Assembly: GCA_016789705.1 (NCBI GenBank)
Contig: JAEUQR010000005.1
Location: forward strand, 67,153-131,152
Source: Acidobacteriota bacterium
GTDB taxonomy: Bacteria; Acidobacteriota; Vicinamibacteria; Vicinamibacterales; UBA2999
DNA length: 64,000 nt
Direction of reading: 5' to 3'
The notes beneath the pieces were generated by a model. The model searched no databases, was not told where the DNA came from, and saw only the letters and a list, made by a program, of their open reading frames with translations. How positions within the stretch are numbered: position 1 is the stretch's first letter; each line of letters begins with the position of its first letter. This document shows positions 1 to 15,002 of the stretch, piece after piece. A program made the position numbers and the translations under genes.

Positions 1-77
1 GCCCCGGCCGCGACCGAGGTGCCGTTCTCGCAGCTCGTCACCCTCAGGACTCGTTAGTGCCGACGGAGAGCCGGTAG

Positions 78-539
78 ATGCGCGCCGTTCTGCAGCGGGT
101 GCGGCACGCGCGGGTCGAGGTGGCCGACCGCGTGGTCGGGGCCATCGGCCCAGGGCTGCTCGTGCTCGTCGGCGTCGAGCGCGGCGACGGTCCGGCCGAC
201 GTGGCGCACATCGCCGGCAAGATCCGCGACCTGCGGATCTTCGATGACGACGGCGGCGACGACGGCAACGTGCGTATGAACCGCGCCGTCGGCGACATCG
301 GCGGGGCCGTGCTCGTCGTGTCGCAGTTCACGCTGGCCGCCGACTGCCGCAAGGGCCGGCGTCCGTCGTTCGATCACGCGGCGGCGCCCGACGAGGCACG
401 GCGTCTCTACGAGGAGGTCGTCGCGGCCCTGCGGGCGGCGGGGCTGCCGGTCGAGACCGGCGAGTTCCAGGCGCAGATGCGCGTGACGCTCGAGAACGAC
501 GGCCCGGTGACATTCGTGCTGGAGAGCCGGCGCCCGTGA
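78..539 (+). CDS. dtd: D-aminoacyl-tRNA deacylase
   Basis: 153-aa ORF with the MRAVLQRV N-terminus and the SQFTL and NDGPVT motifs typical of DTD. GGAGAG lies 8 nt upstream of ATG78. Confidence 0.9.
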   Translation: MRAVLQRVRHARVEVADRVVGAIGPGLLVLVGVERGDGPADVAHIAGKIRDLRIFDDDGGDDGNVRMNRAVGDIGGAVLVVSQFTLAADCRKGRRPSFDHAAAPDEARRLYEEVVAALRAAGLPVETGEFQAQMRVTLENDGPVTFVLESRRP

Positions 540-1102
540 CGCCCGCCGCGCGCCTCACCGTCGTGGCGCTCGCCACCCAGGCCGCCCTGGGCGCGGCCGG
601 CTTCGTGGCCGCGCGCGCCGCCGGCGCGCCGGTGCGCTGGGGGCTCGACCGCCCGATGACCGGCCTCGCCGCGGGTCTCGCCGTGGCGGGCCTGCTCGCG
701 GTGGCGAACTACCGCTGGCTCCACGCGCCTACGGGGGTCTTCACCCGCGTGCGTACAGCCGTGGACGAGGTCCTGGTGCCGACCTTCGCCATCCTGTCTC
801 CGCCGCAGATCGTGGCCGTGTCGGTGGCCGCCGGTGTCGGCGAGGAGTTGTTCTTCCGTGGCTGGCTGCAGGCCGCGGCGGGGTGGCTGCCGGCCTCGCT
901 TGCCTTCGGTCTGGCCCACGTGGCCGGCGCCCGCATGCTGGCCTTCGGCGTGTGGGCCACCGGCATGGGGCTCGTGCTCGGTGCGCTCGCTCTCGGTACG
1001 GGCGGGCTGCTGGCGCCGATGACGGCACACGCCTGCTACGACGTGCTGGCGTTTCATTATCTGGGGTCGGCCGCGCGACGGCGCGCGGATCAAGGAGAGT
1101 GA
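536..1102 (+). CDS. CPBP-family (CAAX-type) intramembrane protease
   Basis: 188 aa with several hydrophobic helices. Carries the EELFFRGW Glu-Glu motif and a late His-containing helix (MTAHACYD). The GTG start overlaps the dtd stop (GTGA). Confidence 0.75.
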   Translation: MTPAARLTVVALATQAALGAAGFVAARAAGAPVRWGLDRPMTGLAAGLAVAGLLAVANYRWLHAPTGVFTRVRTAVDEVLVPTFAILSPPQIVAVSVAAGVGEELFFRGWLQAAAGWLPASLAFGLAHVAGARMLAFGVWATGMGLVLGALALGTGGLLAPMTAHACYDVLAFHYLGSAARRRADQGE

Positions 1103-1104
1103 CC

Positions 1105-1968
1105 GTGAACGGACGATGGATGCGACGTGCCGGCGTGATGGTGGCCGCCGGTCTGGGCCTGCTCGTGACCGCGCGCGCCGAGGCCCAGCAGCGGCCCCTC
1201 GTCACCGAGGACCCGCAGACCGTTGGTGCCGGGCAGTTCCTGATCGAAACCGGCGTCGACTGGATGCAGGGGGTGACGTTTCCCGTCTCGGGCCTGCGCG
1301 GTGATCTCGTGTCCGGCCCGACGATCGGCCTGAGCGTCGGCCTGGGGTCGATTGCCGAGATTCAGCTCGACGGCAGCCCCTACCGGCAGCTCCGCATCAC
1401 CGAGCGGCGCGCGGCGCCGCTTTCGGCCGTGCTGTCGGTGACTGGCACGACGACGTCCGCGGTGGACGACTTCGTCATCGCCACCAAGCTGCGGCTGCTC
1501 AACGAAGGGCGCGGGCGGCCGGCGATTGGGCTGCGCTTTGCGACCCGGCTGCCGAACGCATCGAACGAGTCGGGTCTGGGCCACGACACGACCGACTTCT
1601 TCGCCTCGTTCCTCTTCGGCAAGACGGTGTCGCGCGTGCGGTGGGTGGCGAATGCCGGCATCGCAATCGTGGGAGACCCGGTCGTCGCGGCGCGGCAGGA
1701 GGACCTGCTGACCTTCGGCATGTCCCTCGCCGGCCGCCTGGGCCGCGGGTTCGAACTCGTGTCGGAGTACAACGGGCGGATGAACCTGGCCGCCAGCTCG
1801 CCTGTGCCAGGCACCGAGAACCGCGGCGTTGCCCGGGCCGGGCTGCGATTCTCGCGCGGCCGCGTGCGGCTGGATGCCGCGGCGCTCGTCGGCGCCACCT
1901 CCACGGATCTCGATCTCGGCGCCACGGCCGGCCTCACCTGGGTCTTCCGCGCCTTCCAACTGCCATGA
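1105..1968 (+). CDS. putative outer-membrane beta-barrel protein (family not recognised)
   Basis: Same frame as track ORF 883..1968. I place the start at GTG1105 because AAGGAG sits at 1092-1097. This gives the signal peptide RRAGVMVAAGLGLLVTARAEA/QQ. The sequence has an alternating beta-strand pattern and an aromatic C-terminus (TWVFRAFQLP). Confidence 0.55.
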   Translation: MNGRWMRRAGVMVAAGLGLLVTARAEAQQRPLVTEDPQTVGAGQFLIETGVDWMQGVTFPVSGLRGDLVSGPTIGLSVGLGSIAEIQLDGSPYRQLRITERRAAPLSAVLSVTGTTTSAVDDFVIATKLRLLNEGRGRPAIGLRFATRLPNASNESGLGHDTTDFFASFLFGKTVSRVRWVANAGIAIVGDPVVAARQEDLLTFGMSLAGRLGRGFELVSEYNGRMNLAASSPVPGTENRGVARAGLRFSRGRVRLDAAALVGATSTDLDLGATAGLTWVFRAFQLP

Positions 1969-2780
1969 CCATGACGATCACGAAAGCGCACGCCTACGGC
2001 AACGACTTCCTCTTCGCCCACTGCGACGATCTGCGCGGGCACGATCCGGCGGCGCTCTCGCGCACGCTCTGCGCGCGTCACACCGGCATCGGCGGCGACG
2101 GCCTCATCCTGTACTCGTTCACGCCGGCCGGCGCGACGATGCGGCTCATCAACGCGGATGGCAGTCCGTCGGAGCTGTCGGGCAATGGCCTGCGCTGCCT
2201 GGCCGCGCTCGTCATCCGCGATCGCGAACGCCGCGGCGGCGCGCCCGGCGGCGTGTCGACGGACGTCGTGGCCGACACCGACGCCGGTGAACGGCGGCTG
2301 GTGCTGACATCCCGCGCCGATGACCGCTTCATGTTCACCGCGGGGATGGGGCAGCCGACCAACCTCCGGCAGGAGACGATCGAGGTGGCGGGTGAGTCGC
2401 TCGTCGTGGCGACGCTCGGCATCGGCAATCCGCAGTGTGTCGCGCTCCTGCCGGCGCTGCCGGATCGCGGTCGTTTCGAACGGCTCGGGCCCGGCCTCTC
2501 GACACATCCGCGGTTCCCGGCCGGCACGAACGTCGAGTTCGCGGTCGTCGAGGCGCCGTCGCGCGTCAACATCCTCATCTGGGAGCGCGGCGTCGGGCCA
2601 ACGGAGGCGTCGGGGACCGGTGCGTGCGCGGCCGCCATCACGGCCATGCAGTACGGCGGCGCCGCACGCGACGTGGAAGTGGTGTCGCCCGGCGGCACGC
2701 AGAGGGTCGAATGGCGCGCCAACGGCGTCTATCTGACCGGCTGGGCCGAAATCCTCTTCGACGCGACCTGGAAGCCCTGA
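1965..2780 (+). CDS. dapF: diaminopimelate epimerase
   Basis: Internal ATG1965 of track ORF 1641..2780 (MTMTITKAHAYGNDFL). Carries the GNDF, SGNGLRC and GTGACAAA catalytic-Cys motifs. ATGA overlap with the upstream gene. Confidence 0.9.
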   Translation: MTMTITKAHAYGNDFLFAHCDDLRGHDPAALSRTLCARHTGIGGDGLILYSFTPAGATMRLINADGSPSELSGNGLRCLAALVIRDRERRGGAPGGVSTDVVADTDAGERRLVLTSRADDRFMFTAGMGQPTNLRQETIEVAGESLVVATLGIGNPQCVALLPALPDRGRFERLGPGLSTHPRFPAGTNVEFAVVEAPSRVNILIWERGVGPTEASGTGACAAAITAMQYGGAARDVEVVSPGGTQRVEWRANGVYLTGWAEILFDATWKP

Positions 2781-2787
2781 GGGTCGT

Positions 2788-2810
2788 CTCGTCGCGGAAG
2801 TTGCGACGAG
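2788..2810. terminator. candidate bidirectional hairpin between convergent dapF and a lipoprotein gene
   Basis: CTCGTCGC / GCGACGAG 8-bp stem with a 7-nt loop, 8 nt after the dapF stop. No U tract, so this is weak. Confidence 0.3.
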
Positions 2811-2850
2811 CGCGGCGGCCGGGTGCGGCCAAAGCTGCGACCGGCCGATG

Positions 2851-3432
2851 TCACCGGCGGCTGCGGGCCTTCTTCGCCGGTGGTGGCGCAAGGCTGGTGA
2901 GCGCCTCGTCGAGCGTGGCTGTCTGCCCGCCAATTGTCGTGAGCGTCGCCAGTTCGCCGCGGTCGACCGCCGCGCGCGCGGCCGCGAGCGTCTCGAGCGC
3001 CGCCTTCACCTGCGCCTCCACGCGCCGCCGCGTCGCGGCTGGCACGCGCTTCGCTTCGTCGGCAGCGAGGGCCGCCTCCACGCGCTCGATGTGCACGGCG
3101 AAACGGTCCAGCGTCTCGTCGGCGGCGAGGCGCGCCTTCACGCGCCCATCGGCGGCGGCCTTGGCGGCGGTCTGTGCCTTCGTGTTGGCGTCGAGGGCGT
3201 GGCCAAGGGCGGCGCGGTAGTCGCCGGCGGTCACGTCGGCGTGGGCGCGGGCCAGCGTGGCTTCGGCGTCGGCGAGATCCTCGCGGGCGAACTCGGCGGC
3301 GCCGGCGGCGCGGGCGGCATCGATCCCGCCTTCGGCGAGCGACAGCTCCTTGGTGGGTGGTTCGGCGCAGGCCGCGGCCATCACGGCGACGGAGACGAGC
3401 GCGGCAAGACGCAGGCGGGCGGACACGGACAT
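2851..3432 (-). CDS. lipoprotein, DUF4398-like all-alpha Ala-rich protein
   Basis: Internal ATG (codon 114 of track ORF 2851..3771) gives MSVSARLRLAALVSVAVMAAAC with a lipobox. The remainder is Ala/Asp/Glu-rich helical repeats (AEFAREDLADAEATLARA...). Confidence 0.6.
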   Translation of the reverse strand: MSVSARLRLAALVSVAVMAAACAEPPTKELSLAEGGIDAARAAGAAEFAREDLADAEATLARAHADVTAGDYRAALGHALDANTKAQTAAKAAADGRVKARLAADETLDRFAVHIERVEAALAADEAKRVPAATRRRVEAQVKAALETLAAARAAVDRGELATLTTIGGQTATLDEALTSLAPPPAKKARSRR

Positions 3433-3481
3433 GCGGGCGAAAGTATACCGGACGGCCTCGGTGGGGTTCGGGGAGGCGCGA

Positions 3482-4228
3482 GTGCGGAGCCGGGTGCGGG
3501 ATGAGGCGGCGCGGACACGAAGGGTTGCTGCCGGCGCGGTGTCTGGTCTCGCGGCCCTGGCGCCCGCCGACCGGCCGCGCGAGAAGTTGCTGCGAGCCGG
3601 GGCCACCGCCCTCGGCGACAACGAACTCGTGGCGGTGCTCCTCGGCGCGGGCCTCCGCGATCGCGACGCCCTGGCCGTGGCGGCGCACCTGCTGGCGGCG
3701 GTCGGCGGGGTGAGCGGCATCGGCCGCCACGCGGCCGAGCGCCTCACGCGGGCGCCGGGCGTCGGGCCCACGCGGGCGGCGCGGCTGCTGGCGGCCGTTG
3801 AACTCGGCCGCCGGGCCCTGGCCGGTCCAGCGCGGATCCGGCCGCGGCTCGCTTCGCCCTCGGCGGTGGGTGGCTACCTGCTGCCCGATCACGGCGGGCA
3901 TCCGGAGGAACGCTTCGGCGTGCTGCTCCTCGATACGAAACACCGCGCCATCCGCGCCGTGCCGATCTCGCGCGGCACGCTCGACGCGAGCCTCGTGCAT
4001 CCGCGCGAGGTCTTCCGCGCCGCGGCGGATCATGCCGCCGCCGCGGTCGTGCTCTTCCACAATCACCCGTCAGGGGATCCGGCCCCGAGCGTGGATGACG
4101 TGCATCTCACGCGCCGGCTGGTCGAGGCCGGCGAACTCATGGGCATCGCGGTGCTCGACCACGTGGTGCTCGGCGACGCCTGCTGGCACAGCCTGCGCGA
4201 GTCATCGCCCGGGCTCTTCCGGCGCTAG
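3482..4228 (+). CDS. radC: RadC-family JAB/MPN domain protein
   Basis: Has the HNHPSGDPAPS JAMM motif, an N-terminal HhH-like region (RPREKLLRAGATALGDNELVAVLLG), and the LDHVVLG tail. GTG3482 is preceded by GGGAGG at 3471-3476. Confidence 0.85.
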   Translation: MRSRVRDEAARTRRVAAGAVSGLAALAPADRPREKLLRAGATALGDNELVAVLLGAGLRDRDALAVAAHLLAAVGGVSGIGRHAAERLTRAPGVGPTRAARLLAAVELGRRALAGPARIRPRLASPSAVGGYLLPDHGGHPEERFGVLLLDTKHRAIRAVPISRGTLDASLVHPREVFRAAADHAAAAVVLFHNHPSGDPAPSVDDVHLTRRLVEAGELMGIAVLDHVVLGDACWHSLRESSPGLFRR

Positions 4229-4297
4229 CGGCGGCCGGCCAGGCGCGCCGTGCCCGCGGAGAATGGAGTACGCTTGGTGGTTCAGTTCACGGCCATC

Positions 4298-5500
4298 ATG
4301 AAGGTTCTCTACTTCGACTGTTTCGCCGGCGCCGCCGGCGACATGATCCTCGGGGCGCTCGTCGATGCCGGCGTGCCGTTCGAGGCACTGCGGCAGGCGC
4401 TCGGCTCGCTCGCGGTGGCGGGCTGCGAGGTCACGGCCGACCGCGTGGTGAAACACGGACTGACCGCCGTGAAGTTCCGCGTGCACGAGAGGGGCGCGGC
4501 CGGCCCGGGCGGCGATGCGGCGCCGGCCCACCCGCATTTCCATCTGTCGGAGATTCGCGCGGCCATCGATCGCTCAGCACTGAGCGTGGCCGGCCAGGCG
4601 CGCGCGCACCGGCTCTTCGCCCGCCTGGCCGAGGCCGAAGCCGCCATTCACGGCTCGACGCCCGAGCGCGTGCACCTGCACGAGGTGGGGGCGCTCGATT
4701 CGATCATCGACATCGTCGGCGCGGTCTTCGCGCTCGAGTACCTCGCGCCCGACCGCGTGGTCGTCTCGCCGATGAACGTCGGCGGCGGCATGGTGCGGTC
4801 GGCGCACGGCGTGTTCCCGGTGCCGGCGCCGGCCACCCTGCGCCTCGTCGGCGACGCGCTGATCTACTCGAGCGGGGTGCCGTTCGAACTGCTCACGCCG
4901 ACCGGAGCGCTCGTGCTCACCGACTACGCCACGAGTTACGGCCCGCTGCCCGCGATGCGCGTCCGCGCCATCGGCTACGGCGCCGGCGATCGAGACCTGC
5001 CCGACGTGCCGAACGTCGTGCGCGTCGTGGTCGGCGACATCGACGACGCCGCGCCGGCGATGCGCGTGGCGGTGCTCGCCTGCGAGATCGACGACATGAA
5101 TCCGCAGATCTTCGGCGCGCTGATGGATCGCCTCTACGCGCGCGGCGCGCTCGAGGTCTTCTATCAGCCGGTGCAGATGAAGAAGAACCGCCCGGGCACA
5201 CTCATGACCATCGTCTGCCGGCCGGGCGACCGTCGTGCGCTGACCGACGTCGTCTTCAGCGAGACGACGACCATCGGCGTGCGCCATCAGGAGATGGAGC
5301 GCGAGTGCCTGGATCGCGAGTGGGTGTCGGTCACGACGCCGTGGGGCGAGGTGCGCATCAAGGTGGCCCGTCAGGCCGGCCGCGTGCTGAACGCCCAGCC
5401 GGAATTCGACGACGTCGCCCGGCTCGCCGCCGCGAGCGACGTGCCCCTCAAGGAAGTTCACGCCCAGGCGCAGCGCGCCTGGCTCGACCGACAGCGCTGA
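4298..5500 (+). CDS. larC: nickel-pincer cofactor biosynthesis protein LarC (DUF111)
   Basis: MKVLYFDCFAGAAGDMILGALVDAG N-terminus, HLHEVGALDSIIDIVG, and a C-terminal domain typical of LarC/DUF111. The start is the internal ATG of track ORF 4250..5500. Confidence 0.85.
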   Translation: MKVLYFDCFAGAAGDMILGALVDAGVPFEALRQALGSLAVAGCEVTADRVVKHGLTAVKFRVHERGAAGPGGDAAPAHPHFHLSEIRAAIDRSALSVAGQARAHRLFARLAEAEAAIHGSTPERVHLHEVGALDSIIDIVGAVFALEYLAPDRVVVSPMNVGGGMVRSAHGVFPVPAPATLRLVGDALIYSSGVPFELLTPTGALVLTDYATSYGPLPAMRVRAIGYGAGDRDLPDVPNVVRVVVGDIDDAAPAMRVAVLACEIDDMNPQIFGALMDRLYARGALEVFYQPVQMKKNRPGTLMTIVCRPGDRRALTDVVFSETTTIGVRHQEMERECLDREWVSVTTPWGEVRIKVARQAGRVLNAQPEFDDVARLAAASDVPLKEVHAQAQRAWLDRQR

Positions 5501-5504
5501 CGAC

Positions 5505-7487
5505 ATGAAGTATTTCCTCACGACCGCCATCGACTACGTGAACAGCCGGCCGCACCTCGGCACGGCCTACGAGAAAATCACCGCCGACGTCATCGCGCGG
5601 TACCACCGCCTGAAGGGCGACGACACGTGGTTCCTCATGGGGAACGACGAACACTCGCAGAACGTCTTCAAGCGCGCGCAGGAGCAGGGCAAGGATCCGC
5701 TGGGCTACTGCGACGAGATGGAGCAGGCCTTCCGCGAGACATGGGCCGGCCTCGACATCTCGTTCGACGACTTCATCCGCACCACCGACCGCCGCCGCCA
5801 CTTTCCGGCCGTGCAGGCGATGGCGCAGGCCTGTCTCGACAACGGCGACATCTACGAAGGCACCTACGAAGGCCATTACTGCGTGGGCTGCGAGGAGTTC
5901 AAGCCGGAGAAGGACCTGGTCGAGGGGCTGTGCCCGATCCACAAGACGAAGCCGGAGTGGATTCGCGAACGGAACTGGTTCTTCCGGCTCTCGAAGTACC
6001 AGCAGCCGCTGCTCGACCTCTACGCGCGCCAGCCGTCGTTCATCGAACCCGAGGTGCGCCGCAACGAGATCCTGCGCTTCGTCGAGGGCGGCCTCGAGGA
6101 TCTGTCGATGAGCCGGGCGGGGCAGTCGTGGGGTATTCCGCTGCCGTTCGATCCGAAGAGCGTCGTCTACGTGTGGTTCGACGCCCTCATCAACTACGCC
6201 GCGGCCGTGGGCCTCGGCTGGGACCAGGCGCAGTTCCAGTCGCGGTGGCCCGCCAACCTGCACATCGTCGGCAAGGACATCACCCGGTTCCACTGCGTGA
6301 TCTGGCCGGCGATGCTCATGAGCGCGAAGCTGCCGCTGCCGGGCCAGGTCTTCGGTCACGGCTGGGTGTTCTTCAAGGGCGAGCGGATGAGCAAGTCGCT
6401 CGGCAACATCGTCGATCCGCTCGATGCGGCCAAACGGTTCGGCCCGGATCCGCTGCGGCTGTATCTCACGAAGGAAGTGCCCTACGGCGCCGACGGCGAC
6501 TTCACGTGGGAACGCTTCGAAGAGAAGTACAACGCCGACCTGGCGAACAATCTCGGCAACCTGGTGAACCGCGTCGCGTCGATGAGCGAACGCTACCGCC
6601 AGGGCCAGCTCCCGCCGGCCGGCGCGCGGGCGGGCGGCCTCGCGGACGCCGCGGCGGCGGCTGTCTCTGCCTACACGGAGGCGATGGAGCGCCTCGCCCT
6701 GCATGACGCGGCGGCGGCGACGTTCCGGCTCGTGAGCGCGACGAACGAGTTCGTGGCGAGCAGCCAGCCCTGGGCCCTCGCGAAGGATCCGGCCAGGGCC
6801 GACCAGCTCACGGGCGTGCTCTACGACGCCGCCGAGGCGGTGCGGGTCGCAGGACTGCTACTGCGGCCGTTCATGCCGGCCTCGTCGGCCGAGATTCTGC
6901 GGCGGATGGGCGAGACCCGCGCCGCCGACGACCTGCGCCTCGGCGACACCTCGTGGCGCACCGACGGCATCAAACGCGTGCTGAACGCCGGGGCGCTATG
7001 GCCCCGGATCGAAGACAAGGGAGCGATTGTCGTGAGCGAGACCCCCACCCCTGCAAGCTCGACCCCCGCGGCCCCCGTGGCGGCAGCTGACGCGACGCCC
7101 GCCGCCGCGCCGACGGCGGCTCCGGCCCCGGCGCCCGAGGCCGTCGCGGCCGCGGCTCCGTCGTATATCACGATCGACGACTTCACGAAGGTCGAGCTCC
7201 GTACGGCGAAGATCCTGAGCGCCGAGCGGCTGCCGAAGTCGAAGAAGCTCCTCAAGCTGTCAGTCGATGCAGGCGAACCCGAGCCGCGCACCATTCTTGC
7301 GGGCATCGCCGAGAGTTACGAACCCGACGCTGTCGTGGGCCGGTCGATCGTGATCGTGGCCAATCTGGCGCCGCGGCCGATGATGGGCCTGGTGTCGCAG
7401 GGCATGGTGCTCGCCGCGAGCACCGACGGCGGGCCGGCGATGCTCATCAACCCCGACCCCGCGGTGCCCGGCACGCGCGTGCGGTAA
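5505..7487 (+). CDS. metG: methionine--tRNA ligase with C-terminal tRNA-binding (Trbp111-like) domain
   Basis: Class I HIGH-like motif (SRPHLGTAYE), KMSKSLGN, and a CxxC zinc knuckle. A roughly 45-aa Pro/Ala/Thr linker precedes the ITIDDFTKVELRTAKI...GMVLAA OB-fold domain. Confidence 0.95.
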   Translation: MKYFLTTAIDYVNSRPHLGTAYEKITADVIARYHRLKGDDTWFLMGNDEHSQNVFKRAQEQGKDPLGYCDEMEQAFRETWAGLDISFDDFIRTTDRRRHFPAVQAMAQACLDNGDIYEGTYEGHYCVGCEEFKPEKDLVEGLCPIHKTKPEWIRERNWFFRLSKYQQPLLDLYARQPSFIEPEVRRNEILRFVEGGLEDLSMSRAGQSWGIPLPFDPKSVVYVWFDALINYAAAVGLGWDQAQFQSRWPANLHIVGKDITRFHCVIWPAMLMSAKLPLPGQVFGHGWVFFKGERMSKSLGNIVDPLDAAKRFGPDPLRLYLTKEVPYGADGDFTWERFEEKYNADLANNLGNLVNRVASMSERYRQGQLPPAGARAGGLADAAAAAVSAYTEAMERLALHDAAAATFRLVSATNEFVASSQPWALAKDPARADQLTGVLYDAAEAVRVAGLLLRPFMPASSAEILRRMGETRAADDLRLGDTSWRTDGIKRVLNAGALWPRIEDKGAIVVSETPTPASSTPAAPVAAADATPAAAPTAAPAPAPEAVAAAAPSYITIDDFTKVELRTAKILSAERLPKSKKLLKLSVDAGEPEPRTILAGIAESYEPDAVVGRSIVIVANLAPRPMMGLVSQGMVLAASTDGGPAMLINPDPAVPGTRVR

Positions 7488-7618
7488 CGATCGGATCCTG
7501 GGGGCTGGCGCGGACAGACTGTCACGCATACCGGAGAACGCACCAGATGCGTTCAGCCAGGACGCGTCACTTCGCCCGCGGGACAGCAGGCGCGCCCCAG
7601 CCCCCAGCCCTCAGCCCC

Positions 7619-8429
7619 ATGATCGACAGCCACTGCCATCTCGCCGGCGAGGAATTCATCGCCGATCTCGACGCCGTGGTCGCACGGGCCCGCGCGGCGG
7701 GGCTCGAGCGGCTGCTCGTCATCGTGGCGGCGGAAGACGACGCCGAGTGGGCGCGGGCGCTGTCCCTGGCCGCCACGTGGGACGGCATCGAGCTGGCCAC
7801 CGGCATCCATCCACACCACGCGCACCTTTTCGCGGCAGACCCGGCGGCGGCCGCCGCCCTCGTGGCGCGCCGGCTCGACGCCTGGCCGGCGGTGCGGGCG
7901 ATTGGCGAGATCGGCCTCGACTACCACTACGACTTCTCGCCGCGCGACGCGCAGCAGGCGGTCTTCGCCGCGCAGATGGCCCTGGCGCAGGCGCGCGGGC
8001 TGCCGGTGGCCATCCACACCCGCGAGGCCGAGGCCGACACGCTTGCCGCGATCGCCTCGGCGCAGGCGGCCGCGCCCCTGCGTGGGGTGTTCCACTGCTT
8101 CACCGGGGATGCCGCCACGGCGGCGCGGGCGGCGGCGACCGGGTTCTACCTGTCGTTTGCCGGGATCCTGACCTTCCCGCGTGCCGTCGAACTGAGGGAG
8201 GCGCTCCGGGGAGCGCCCCTCGACCGTCTGCTGGTCGAAACCGACGCGCCGTATCTCGCGCCGGTGCCGCATCGCGGCAAACGTAACGAACCGGCGTGGG
8301 TGCAGACCACGCTCGAGGCAGCGGCACGGGAGCGGGGGATGGCGGTCGAGGATCTGGCCCGGGTGGTCCGGCGTAACTACGACGGGCTGTTCGCGCCGCA
8401 AACGCACGTGGCTCAAGCACTAAGCTCCG

Positions 8430-8443
<14 letters not shown>
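7619..8443 (+). CDS. TatD-family metal-dependent hydrolase
   Basis: MIDSHCHL start, IGEIGLDYHYD, AIHTREA, and ETDAPYL motifs. The start is the internal ATG of track ORF 7547..8443. Confidence 0.85.
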
Positions 8444-12992
<4,549 letters not shown>

Positions 12993-13014
12993 TGCCCGCG
13001 CCCTCCGGAGCCCG

Positions 13015-14406
<1,392 letters not shown>

Positions 14407-14412
14407 GAGAAC

Positions 14413-14967
14413 GGCCGCAGTGAGCCGGATGACCGCCGCGACGAGCAACCGCGCAAGCGAAGTACTCGGCGGGGAGGAAAGTCCGAACTCCGCAGGGCAG
14501 TGCGCCGGGTAACACCCGGGCGGGGCGACCCGACGGAAAGTGGCACAGAAAATATACCGCCCGTCTTCGCTCTGGGCGCCCGAGTCGGAACGGCCATTTG
14601 TAACGGGGTCTGTCACGGTCACGAGATGTCTCCCGTTCGTGACCGTGACAGACCCCGTTACAAATGGCAGTCGATCGACAACTCGGGCATCGAGAGCGAA
14701 GGCGGGTAAGGGTGAAAAGGTGCGGTAAGAGCGCACCGCGCGGCTGGCAACAGACGTGGCAGGCCAAACCCCGCACGGAGCAAGACCAAATAGGGGCGCG
14801 CTGGCTTCGGCCAATCGGACGGCCCGTCCGATCGACGTGTCCGGGTAGGTTGCTCGAGTCCGTCAGTAATGGCGGACCTAGAGGAATGGTCATCACGCCA
14901 GAGCCGGCGCGCCGCAAGGCGCGACGGCGATGGCGGACAGAATTCGGCTTACAGGGTCACTGCGGCC
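14413..14967 (+). ncRNA. rnpB: RNase P RNA, bacterial type A, with expanded P12
   Basis: Conserved type-A blocks: GGAGGAAAGTCCG (14473-14485), ACAGAAAATATACCGCC, GTAAGGGTGAAAAGGTGCGGTAAGAGCGCACCG, AGCAAGACCAAATAGGGG, GGGTAGGTTGCT, and ACAGAATTCGGCTTACAG. An 11-bp P1 pairs 14413-14423 with 14957-14967. Confidence 0.9.
14593..14668. repeat. perfect 32-bp inverted repeat (12-nt loop) at the apex of rnpB P12
   Basis: GCCATTTGTAACGGGGTCTGTCACGGTCACGA (14593-14624) is the exact reverse complement of 14637-14668. I verified this base by base. Confidence 0.95.
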
Positions 14968-15002
14968 CTTCACGTTCGTAGGCACGCGAGGCACGTCGAA
15001 TC

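Noticed and set aside
1-57. Possible 3' end of a plus-strand gene (…APAATEVPFSQLVTLRTR*) at the left edge
   Set aside because: Only 18 codons are visible and no motif is present. I cannot support a call.
883-1104. Long N-terminal extensions given by the ORF track (for example 883-1104, 1641-1964, 9244-9495, 11013-11501, 17166..19097 upstream part, 57220-57645, 58191-58520)
   Set aside because: The extensions overlap the preceding real gene and are Arg/Gly-rich. They precede internal starts that give proper signal peptides, conserved N-termini, RBSs or ATGA-type coupling. I trimmed the starts accordingly.
3040-3054. A sigma-54 promoter-like TGGCACGCGCTTCGC, with other TGGCAC hits at 14541, 30559, 40735 and 62591
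   Set aside because: The first lies inside and antisense to the lipoprotein CDS, more than 400 bp from the next plus-strand start. The others lack a correctly spaced TTGC element or lie inside rnpB or coding sequence.
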